Shown here in pieces: positions 9,281-16,909 of a stretch of DNA of 24,000 bases. The position numbers and the translations under genes were made by a program. Under the pieces are notes generated by a model that worked only from the letters and a program-made list of their open reading frames with translations, was not told where the DNA came from and ran no database searches. Each line of letters opens with the position of its first letter. The first letter of the stretch is position 1. The stretch is from an uncultured Acidobacteriota bacterium. GTDB taxonomy: Bacteria > Acidobacteriota > Terriglobia > Acidiferrales > UBA7541. The DNA lies in NCBI GenBank assembly GCA_963837855.1, contig CAWIPA010000006.1, forward strand, positions 151,506 through 175,505. The letters are read 5' to 3'.

Positions 9281-9356
9281 GTCAGGGCATGACTTTAGTC
9301 ATGCCGAAAGTGCTGCAAAATCAGTGCGGCTTTAGCCACTGAGGTTTTGTTTCTCG
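9281..9356 (+). repeat. Repeat family A, full copy
   Basis: gtcaGGGCATGACtttaGTCATGCCgaaagtgctgcaaaatcagtgcggctttagccactgaggttttgtttc is homologous to 17137-17212. The hairpin arms differ by compensatory changes. Confidence 0.75.
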
Positions 9357-9426
9357 AGTTCTCACACACACTCTTTAACCCCTGAGTACACTCCGATCCG
9401 CTGTTCAAATTATTTTGAGATGGCTT

Positions 9427-9495
9427 AATTTCAGATTGAAGAAACGCCAAATGCAAATGCAGATCGCTCAACCTGAAAAACGGGTTCCCGATGAC
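9427..9495 (-). repeat. Repeat family D, inverted and diverged copy
   Basis: aatttcagattgaagaaacgccaaatgcaaatgcagatcgctcaacctgaaaaacgggttcccgatgac is the reverse complement of the family D core plus the tctgaaat module. Confidence 0.55.
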
Positions 9496-9740
9496 TGCGC
9501 GAAAGAATGCGGAGAATGGATGGAACGAACACCCGAACCAAACCGGGCGGGAGATGAATCCCCACCCCTACGAAGAAAGCTGCGACGGTTGCGAACTGAT
9601 GGATCTTTGCTTTTTCGAATTGTTTGGGCGTGCACAGGCAGGAGTGCCTGGGCAACACGAATCACGCTACTGGTTCGATGAGCGCTTCGAGGCGGTCCCA
9701 ACTTTTCTCGCGCGCAGTGCGCTTCTTCGGCAACCGGGCA

Positions 9741-12700
9741 TCAAGACGAGCAAGGATGGGCGCCCAGGTTTCTTCCAGGGGGCAGGGGCGATGTAGAGGC
9801 TCGAGCCTTACCAGCGGGAGCGGGCGTCATGATTCGAGAGATTTGCCTGGCGCGAGGGCTGCCGGTGCGGCGAACGTGTTCGCGCAACGCGGCGCGCAGA
9901 CGGATTTCTTCGCCCGGCTCGAGCGCGCCCTCATTTGCCGGGCGAACGAATTCTTCACTGTAGGTCGCAGCGGTGGCGAATTCTTTTTGGATATACGCGA
10001 GGCCGCCGGTCATGCCGCTGGCCACGTTGATTCCGGTTGGGCCGAGGATAATTACCACTCCGGCGGTCATGTATTCGCAACCGTGCTGGCCCACGCCTTC
10101 GACGACCGCCAGCGCCCCGCTGTTGCGCACCGCGAATCGTTCGCCAGCCCGGCCTGCGATGTAAAGCTCGCCAGAGGTAGCGCCGTAGAGAGCGGTGTTC
10201 CCGGCCAGCAGATCGCCGCGCAGAGAGGCATCAGCGCCGGCTTCGATGGCGATCGTTCCGCCGCTTAGGCTTTTCGCGACGTAGTCGTTGGCTTCGCCGT
10301 GCAAGCGGAAAATTAGGCCATCGATCAGGAAGGCGCCGAAGCTTTGGCCGGCGGCGCCGTAGAAATCGAATTGCGTTGGCTCGCTGGCAGAGGCTGCGAA
10401 ATTTTTCCGGCGCAGGATGTGCCCGCTGAGATTTGCGCCGATGCTGCGATCCGAATTTTCGATCGGGAACGAGAGCGGATAACTCGAGTGCAGCTCGTAG
10501 CCCTGGATCAAGGCGGTTTCCAGCGAGCCTTTTGAGTTGGCGAGAATGGTTGCGGGATGCGCGGCTTCCGGGCGCGTTTCGGGCGAGGGCTCCAAGAGTT
10601 GCTCGACGGCGCGCGCGTTTGCCGCCGCGCGTGGGCGCAAACGCTCGACGGCGCCCTGCGCGTCGGCTAGCGAGCGCAGGCCCAACGCGGCCAGACGCTC
10701 GCGGACTTCGCCTGCCACGCCGCGGAAATAATTCATCGCCATTTCCGGATCGCCGGCGAAACGCGCGCGCAGATTTTCATCCTGCGTGGCGATGCCGACC
10801 GGGCAGGTGTTGAGATGACACTGCCGCGCCATGACGCAACCGATTGCGAGCAGCGATGAAGTGCCGAACCCGAATTCGTCGGCGCCGAGTAACGCAGCAA
10901 TTACGACGTCGCGCGCGAATTTGAAGCCGCCGTCCACGCGCAGGCTCACTCGATCGCGAAATCCCATCTGCAGCAGCGTAGTGTGCACTTTGCGCAGGCC
11001 CGCTTCCCACGGCAAGCCGGTATTTTTTATGGAGGTAAGCGGCGACGCCCCGGTGCCGCCATCGAAGCCTGAAATGGTGATCACTTGCGCGCCGGCTTTG
11101 GCCACTCCCGCGGCGATGATGCCGATGCCGGAATTAGAGACCAGCTTCACGCCGATTCTCGCCCGCGGATTTACGGCCCGCAGATCGTGAATGAGCTGCT
11201 CGAGATCTTCGATGCTGTAAATATCGTGATGCGGCGGCGGCGAAATCAGCGACATCCCCGGCACGGCGTGCCGCAGTCGCGCGATGAGCGCCGTAACTTT
11301 CTTCGCGGGAAGCTGGCCGCCCTCGCCAGGCTTCGAGCCTTGCGCCATTTTGATTTCAAGTTCGTCGGCGCGCACCAAATATTCCGTAGTCACCCCGAAG
11401 CGCGCAGAAGCCACTTGCTTCACGCGATTCGCGGCCTCAGGTTCCAGTTCGTAAACGTCAGGATCTTCGCCGCCTTCGCCAGTGTTGCTGCGCGCGCCCA
11501 TTCGATTCATCGCGATGGCGAGAGTGCGATGCGCTTCCGGGCTCAGCGCGCCAAGAGACATCGCTTGCGTGCTGAATCGGCGCAGGATTTCGGATTCGCT
11601 TTCCACCTCGTCGAGTGCGATGGCGTCGCTAGCGGCAAAATCCAGCAGGTCGCGGACGGCCACTGGCTCGCGCGATTCCGCCAGCGCTTCGTAGGCCCGA
11701 TAATTTTCCGGCGTCGGCGCGCCAATGTAGCGATGCATGCTGCGGACCAATGCTGGCGAACTCGAATGGCGCTCGCCGGCGTGGCGAAAACGGTAGAGGC
11801 CGTCGTCGCGCAAATCGTTGAGTGTGGCCGCCGGCGCGTAAGCGGCTTGATGGCGATCCAGGGCATCCTGCAATAAATCTTCGAGCGACTTGCCGCTCAG
11901 AACCGCGCCGGCATCTTCGAAAAAAGCTTCGCGGACTTCTTCGTCGAGCCCGACCAATTCGAAGAGCTGGCTATTGCGATAGCTGGCGATCGTGCAGATT
12001 CCCATGCGGGCCAGCACTTTGCGCAGCCCGGTTTCAACGGCGTCGCGGTAGCGCGCGCGTCCGCCGGCTTTTAGATTTCCGGCGAATTCGAGTGCCAGGT
12101 ACGGCAGCACCGCGCTGGCTCCCGCTGCGATCAGCATAGCCAGGTGATGCGTTTCGATGACTTGTCCGGTTTCGATGAGCAGCGGGATCTCGTAAGCGCC
12201 CGCGCGGACTTGAGATTTCCAGGCGGCGGCGACTCCGAGCAGAGCCGGTAACGCTGCTCTGCTCGGCCCTACTTTTCGATCGCTCAGCAGAATTATTTCC
12301 GGCGGATTCTCGCGCCACTCGCTGACTTCATCGCGAATTTTTTCTAGCGCGATTGCGGCTTCTTCTACTCCCGCGGCCGCTTCGTAGGTGATGTCGATGC
12401 GCTGCACTCGGCCTTGATGCTCAGACTCGAGCGCGGCTAGCTGGCTTTCGTCTAGCAGCGGTGAGGCAATTTTTGTGGATTTGCCGAGATGAACTTCGAG
12501 CGACATAACGTGGCCTTCGCGCAATGGATCGATCGGGGGATTTGTCACTTGGGCGAAGCGCTGCTTGCAATAATCCCAGAGTGGTCGGCGCATGGCGGAC
12601 ATGAATGCTGGAGGGGCGTCGTCGCCCATGCTCCAGACGGATTCTTTGGCTTCCGTCGCTAATGATTCGAAGAGCAGCCGGAATTGATCTTCGGTCCAAC

Positions 12701-14056
12701 CGAGCGCGGCTGCCGCTTTGCGTGGTTCGTTTGTTGGTTTCGATAAAACTGTGACTCGTTTTAGGCGCTTGGTGGCTGGCTCATTTTCTTCGCGATTGGG
12801 AGTCGCCAGCAACTTTGCGATTTCTTTTTCGGTTAGAACTTTCTTGCCTTGCGTGTCGACTACCAGCATTTCGCCGGGGCCCAGTCGTTGGCGGGCCTGC
12901 ACAGCCAGAAGTGGCTGTGCGACTGGGGCGTGATCCACCAGGCCGGCTTCAGAACCTAGAATTATCAGGCCGTCGGCGGTGATGGTGTAACGCAGCGGGC
13001 GCAAGCCGTTGCGATCCAGTTTTGCGCCCACATAGCGGCCGTCGGTGAAGACTAGCGCCGCTGGGCCGTCCCAGGGTTCTTGCGCAATGGATTCTCGGCG
13101 CAGAAAACGCCGCACCGCGGGATCTAGATTCGCGATTGGTTTCCCAGGCTGGCGGGACCATTCGCAACATGGCCGCCGGGATTTTGTACCCTTGGTGCAG
13201 CGACATTTCCAGCGCGTTATCGAAGCTCGCGGAATCGCTGACTCGCTCTTCGAGAGTGTGGAACCAATCAGCGGCTGCCAATTTTTTGCGCGTGGATTCT
13301 TCGCGAGCGCTCGTCCAGCGGCGATTGGCGCTGATGGTGTTGATTTCACCGTTGTGCGCGGCGTGGCGGAAAGGCTGCGCCATCGTCCAGCTGGGCTGCG
13401 TGTTGGTGGAATAGCGCTGATGGAAGATAGCGAAATTGGCGGCAAATTCCGGGTGGCTTAGGTCCCGGTAGAATTGGCGGAATTGCCGCGGGGTGAGCAG
13501 ACCTTTGTAGACGATGGTGCGCGTCGAAAGCGAGCAGAAGTAGGTGCCCGGCTCGCCTTCAAATTCCACTTGCTTGCGGAAGAAATACAGCGCGCGCTCC
13601 AGGTCGGCGACCGGTTGCATCGCGCTGAAAAAACATTGGCGGACGCGTGGTTGCGTAGAAAGCGCGCGGGCGCCCAGCGTGGCAGTTTCGATCGGCACTT
13701 CGCGCCAGCCCAAACATTCCAGATTATTTTTTCGCGCCAGCGATTCGATGGCTTGCCGGGCTTCCGTTTCTTTTTGCGGCGGAAGAAAAACCATGCCCAC
13801 CGCGAAAATTTCCGGCAGAGCGATATTTTCTTCCTGAGCGCGATTGCGAAAGAAATCTTTAGGGATCGGCAGGAGCAGGCCCGCACCGTCGCCGCTCATG
13901 CCGTCGGAATCGACGCCGCCTCGGTGCGAAAGGCGCTCCAGCGCGTTCAAAGCCAGTTGGATAATTTCGCGCGAGGATTCGCCATGTAGCGCGGGCGATG
14001 AAGCCCACCCCGCAGGCATCATGATCCAATCCCGGATTGAGGGCGGCTTCGCGCAT
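9741..14056 (-). pseudogene. gltB: Glutamate synthase large subunit, interrupted by at least two one-base frameshifts (near 13990 and near 13128)
   Basis: Three co-linear pieces. (1) 14056 to about 13990: MREAALNPGLDHDACGVGFIA, the Ntn amidotransferase Cys motif. (2) About 13990 to 13128: LHGESSREIIQLALNALERLSHRGG ... HQRYSTNT ... NGEINT ... VPPAWETNRE. (3) About 13128 to 9741: LDPAVRRFLRRESIAQEPWDGPAA, the central and FMN/Fe-S domains (...LNTCPVGIATQD...), and the C-terminal beta-helix domain (GTIAIEAG...LYGATSGELYIAGRAGERFAVRNSGA). No gltD follows. Confidence 0.9.
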
Positions 14057-14215
14057 GTTACTTAACTAACCTAGCGGTCCGCGGTAAGTACAATCGAAAG
14101 AGTCGATGCGTCGCATCACTTTTTAGGGGTCGAGGCGATCGTCCAGCATTCTGGACCCTCCGAGAGGGCTGGCGAGCCTATTGGAAACGGCGAAGAAAAC
14201 TGCGAGGGATTACGG

Positions 14216-14286
14216 AATTTCAAATTTCAGATCGGGAAACCGCAAATGCAGGTCCCTCACCCGTAGAGGCGGGTTCCGTATGACAG
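14216..14286 (-). repeat. Repeat family D, inverted copy
   Basis: ggaatttcaaatttcagatc...gcaaatgcaggtccctcacccgtagaggcgggttccgtatgacag is the reverse complement of the ctgtcat[c/a]c[c/g]gaaccc...ggtgaggga[t/c]ctgcatttgc family. Confidence 0.7.
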
Positions 14287-14367
14287 TTTGAAACAGCGTC
14301 GAAATTTCGCCTGCGGAAATAATTCCGGCAACTTACCTGATTTGCGGGAAAAATATGGCCGAACGGC

Positions 14368-14394
14368 GGGAGGGTCTAGAATTCAGACCCTCCC
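14368..14394 (-). terminator. Stem-loop 8 nt downstream of the rsr stop (possible terminator)
   Basis: GGGAGGGTCT-agaattc-AGACCCTCCC forms a perfect 10-bp stem. A T-run follows only after about 14 nt on the minus strand, so it is not a textbook intrinsic terminator. Confidence 0.45.
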
Positions 14395-14401
14395 CCTACG
14401 G

Positions 14402-15704
14402 TTATTGCTCCATCGCGCGGATGTAGTGCGTGATTGCTTCGCTCCAGCCGTCGATGTGCGTCCAGGGCCCGTACCCTACGCCGTTTTTGTTGCTGGCGGT
14501 GTTGATCATGTAGCCGCGGGCGCGGGGGCCCGGCACTTGATCGTGGGACTGCTCGTCGGTAATTACGATAATGCGATCGTATTTCTCCTTGATCTTCCCG
14601 AGCGCGCGGCCTAGATAAGTTCCGCCGTGCGGTCTGGCTGGCATCTAGCGCGTCGCGCAGTGCGAAGCCTCGCCGCGGTGGAACCTGGACCAGATCGTTC
14701 GAGAACGAGTACACGATGGCCTTCTCGCAGATCTCGCGCAGCAGAATGGCCAGACCGTAAGCCGCGTCCGTGCGGAGCATTTCCGAACGGCGCGAGAGTG
14801 CGGCGGTCATGCTGCCGGAAACGTCCACGAGTAGAGCCGTGCGGCCCGGCAGCTTCTCCTGCTCCTTGAGCGAGCTGAGCATGGCGCGCTCCAGCGCCTC
14901 TTCCAACTGCGGGGCGTGGCGTGCCGCCGCGATGAAGCGAAACGGCAGGACGCGGCCCGTTTTCATTTGCTCGAGGCCTGTGAGAATTAGCTGCTCGTCC
15001 ACTCCGGCTTGCTGCATGTTGCGCAGGTTGCGGAGCAGCGCGAGTGCGCCGAGCTTGCGCTCGCGGAGCAAACGCTCCCAGGCTTCGTGTTTGTCGGCGC
15101 CAGACGAAAGCGCTACCTCCCAGGTGTCGGGAGTTTCTAGCCTCCCTTCGATGAGGCGCTTCCAGAGCGCGTTCTGCTCGGCGTCACGCGGCTTGGCGTG
15201 GCAGAGGAACAGGACGTCGCGCAGGCGAATGGGCCCGGAGCGATCGTATTTCGCGAGCTGATACTCGTCGAATTTGCGGAAGGCTTGGGCCAGCCCCTTT
15301 TTCACCTGTGCGGAGAGCGGGACTTTGCCTTCCTTCCAATAAATGGCCACAAATTCGGCCAGCTCATCGGCGCGCTGGATGACTTGCGCCAGCGTGCGAG
15401 CGACCGCCTCGCGATGCGTTTTGTGACGCGCCATTTCGCGGACGAGCAGTAACGGAGCGTGACGCAGCTTCATCTGCTCGCGGGCTTCGACGGCCAGCGC
15501 GGCCACGGCCTCGGCTTTCACCTTGGGCACGAGTTCCTGGATGCGCCCGCCGATTTCCACGCCGTCTTCGTAGAACTGATCCTCCCAGAGCAGGCAGGCG
15601 AGGACCGAGCGGCGAAGCTGCAGCTCGACGGAAATATTTCGAGCAGGAGCGCCTTCGTGCGTGCGCGGGCCGTAGGGAATTTTTAGAATGTTGAGTCGCG
15701 CCAT
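14402..15704 (-). pseudogene. rsr: Ro60 orthologue Rsr (TROVE domain plus vWA domain), interrupted by a one-base frameshift near 14625-14645
   Basis: TROVE-type N-terminus (PRTHEGAPA, LLWEDQFYEDG, helical repeats). The vWA MIDAS motif LLVDVSGSM is in the 15704 frame. The continuation RPHGGTYLGRALGKIKEKYDRIIVITDEQSHD...IDGWSE lies in ORF 14402-14644. After the junction the 15704 frame turns into Arg-rich nonsense. AGGAGG (15718-15713) sits 8 nt before ATG 15704. Confidence 0.85.
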
Positions 15705-15735
15705 TTTGGTGCCCTCCTTTTTGCTGTTGTGATAA

Positions 15736-15884
15736 TTGCCGGGGAATAATTGGTGACGGATCCAGCTTGCGCTGGCGGATGCTCTGCCATTGAGCTACGC
15801 GACGCTGCACTGCAGCAGCGCCACGGCAGGATTCGAACCTGCGTCTTTCCGAGCCGAAGTAACCGTGACCTGCGCCACCGGCAA
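15736..15884 (-). ncRNA. Y-RNA-like module 1 (YrlA-like, with a permuted tRNA-like domain)
   Basis: Stem1 UUGCCGG (15884-15878) pairs with CCGGCAA (15742-15736). 5' loop UGGCGCA. Stem2 GGUCACGG (15870-15863) pairs with CCGUCACC (15759-15752) with one C-C mismatch. 3' loop AAUUAUUCC. The apex holds a T arm GCAGG-UUCGAAU-CCUGC (15842-15826), a capped 11-bp acceptor-like helix (15825-15798), a D arm GCUC-AAUGGCA-GAGC (15795-15781) and a hairpin CCAGC-GCAA-GCUGG (15775-15762). Confidence 0.75.
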
Positions 15885-15909
15885 ACTTTTTGATGCTTGT
15901 TGCGATCGA

Positions 15910-15979
15910 TCGCCGGGGAAAAATCGAGAGCGGTGCTTGCTTCGTCACAGGAAGTAACCGCGCTCTTCGCCACCGGCGA
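15910..15979 (-). ncRNA. Y-RNA-like module 2 (minimal)
   Basis: Stem1 UCGCCGG (15979-15973) pairs with CCGGCGA (15916-15910). 5' loop UGGCGAA. Stem2 GAGCGCGG (15965-15958) pairs with CCGCUCUC (15933-15926) with one C-U mismatch. UUACUUC follows stem2. Small apical hairpin CUUC-CUGUGAC-GAAG. 3' loop GAUUUUUCC. Confidence 0.6.
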
Positions 15980-15991
15980 AGCTTTTCAACA

Positions 15992-16315
15992 TCAATCGGG
16001 GTCGTTCAATACGAGTTTGAACTCGTGCTCGTTGTCGGCAGCATCCTCCACGGCCGCGAACCCCGTGGTGCGCTTGCCTCCGTGCGGCACAACGACCCAG
16101 GCGATCTTTTCCATCTCGAGGAGCGTTTGGCGCTGGGCCTCGACGTGGGACGAACATTCGCGCACGTGGAACGGCACGCGATGTTCCGGCCACGTGGCGC
16201 GGCAGATTACCAGCTCTTCGCTTTCGCGGAAGCCGCGTTCGACGTGCGCGTGCGTGCACGTGTAGCAGAGCGACGCGCGCTGCGACTGCGGATCGGTTTT
16301 GAAATTGACGCCCAT
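15992..16315 (-). CDS. Small Cys/His-rich protein of unknown function (107 aa), embedded in the Y-RNA-like array
   Basis: ATG 16315 has AAAGG 8 nt upstream (the ORF track starts at GTG 16324). Composition is balanced and protein-like: MGVNFKTDPQSQRASLCYTCTHAHVERGF...VICRATWPEHRVPFHVRECSSHVEAQ...KIAWVVVPHGGK. The overlapping 287-aa plus-strand ORF is Arg-rich antisense noise. I do not recognise the family. Confidence 0.55.
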   Translation of the reverse strand: MGVNFKTDPQSQRASLCYTCTHAHVERGFRESEELVICRATWPEHRVPFHVRECSSHVEAQRQTLLEMEKIAWVVVPHGGKRTTGFAAVEDAADNEHEFKLVLNDPD

Positions 16316-16392
16316 GCGCGTCACCTTTCTAGAAGCGCGCTCAAATGCGCTTCGGAATGCGCGCTTGCTGTTGCCGCGCGCGGGTTAAATCA

Positions 16393-16556
16393 TTCGCCGG
16401 GGAACAAGCGCCCAGGGTATGTCTCAAGGCGGTATCCAGTGGGTACCTTTTGCTTCGGGGCTACGCCCCCGTCCCCACTGTTCCGTTCCTTGGCAGGGTT
16501 TCCGGCCCTGCGCGACGTTGGCGGAGGAAGTAACCCTCGACTACGCCACCGGCGAA
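16393..16556 (-). ncRNA. Y-RNA-like module 3 (large apical domain)
   Basis: Stem1 UUCGCCGG (16556-16549) pairs with CCGGCGAA (16400-16393). 5' loop UGGCGUA. Stem2 GUCGAGGG (16541-16534) pairs with CCCUGGGC (16417-16410) with one G-G mismatch and one G-U pair. UUACUUC follows stem2. 3' loop GCUUGUUCC. The apex has hairpins GCAGGG-CCGGAAA-CCCUGC, CAGUGGG...CCCACUG (16480-16437) and GGGGC-GUA-GCCCC. Confidence 0.6.
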
Positions 16557-16563
16557 AATTTTG

Positions 16564-16672
16564 GCCAGGGAAAAATCGGCGCGGTGAAAAACGGGGACTC
16601 GAACCCCATCGCTCATCGCTTCCGCGACTTGCGACTTCTCCATGCGAAGTATCCGCGTCGTGCGCCACTGGC
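16564..16672 (-). ncRNA. Y-RNA-like module 4 (with T-arm-like hairpin)
   Basis: Stem1 GCCAG (16672-16668) pairs with CUGGC (16568-16564). 5' loop UGGCGCA. Stem2 CGACGCGG (16660-16653) pairs with CCGCGCCG (16584-16577) with one A-C mismatch. AUACUUC follows stem2. 3' loop AUUUUUCC. The apex has ACUUC-GCAUGGA-GAAGU (16650-16634) and AUGGGG-UUCGAGU-CCCCGU (16609-16591). Confidence 0.6.
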
Positions 16673-16678
16673 ACATTT

Positions 16679-16750
16679 TCCCGGGGGAATAACCGTTCGC
16701 GGTCGTGCATGCTTAACAGGCGATGGAACCGCGAACTACGCCACCCAGGA
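16679..16750 (-). ncRNA. Y-RNA-like module 5 (minimal)
   Basis: Stem1 UCCUGGG (16750-16744) pairs with CCCGGGA (16685-16679), including one U-G pair. 5' loop UGGCGUA. Stem2 GUUCGCGG (16736-16729) pairs perfectly with CCGCGAAC (16702-16695). 3' loop GGUUAUUCC. It ends only 6 nt from module 4. Confidence 0.55.
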
Positions 16751-16909
16751 TGAAAAACTATTCAGGGCAAACGGTTGAGATTGCGGGATTTACTGCCGTG
16801 GGGATCCGGTTAAGGTTCGGCCACAATCCCGGAGCAGCGTCAGAGCCGCTTGCCTGACTTCCGAATTGTGTTTGACTTGGTGCATTCCGAACTTTCTCCA
16901 GAGTTCGGG

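Noticed and set aside
9741-9845. A further indel at the 3' end of gltB. The last roughly 30 residues of the ORF (SRIMTPAPAGKARASTSPLPPGRNLGAHPCSS) are unlike GltB C-termini, and alternative frames read ILSNHDARSRW* or LES*.
   Set aside because: None of the alternative frames gives a convincing GltB tail without also changing a stop codon. This cannot be resolved without orthologue alignment.
2780-14645. Programmed +1 ribosomal frameshifting at the five junctions.
   Set aside because: No shared slippery or hungry-codon context and no downstream structure is common to the sites. The events hit unrelated housekeeping genes. Insertion errors or mutations are simpler explanations.
15902-15913. 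The 12-nt perfect palindrome GCGATCGATCGC between modules 2 and 1, as a regulatory or restriction-related site.
   Set aside because: It is a single occurrence that overlaps the 3' strand of module 2 stem1. No second copy or partner motif is seen in the window.
16564-16672. Module 4 as a genuine tRNA gene, because of GGGG-UUCGAGU-CCCC followed by GUUUUUCACC.
   Set aside because: The candidate acceptor strands GAAAAUG and GUUUUUC mispair at two positions. There is no D arm or standard spacing, and the region fits the shared Y-RNA-like scaffold instead.
15890-16753. A 287-aa plus-strand ORF spanning the small-protein gene and four of the RNA modules.
   Set aside because: It is extremely Arg/Gly/Ala/Ser-rich with no motifs, and it runs antisense through structured RNA elements and a better minus-strand ORF. 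This is a typical shadow ORF of GC-rich DNA.
16785-16830. A possible sixth module upstream of module 5: hairpin GGGAUU-GUGG...CCAC-GGCAGUA-AAUCCC.
   Set aside because: It forms a hairpin but lacks the conserved UGGCGNA and UUNUUCC loops and the 8-bp stem2. It may be a leader structure or a degenerate relic. The evidence is not enough to call it.
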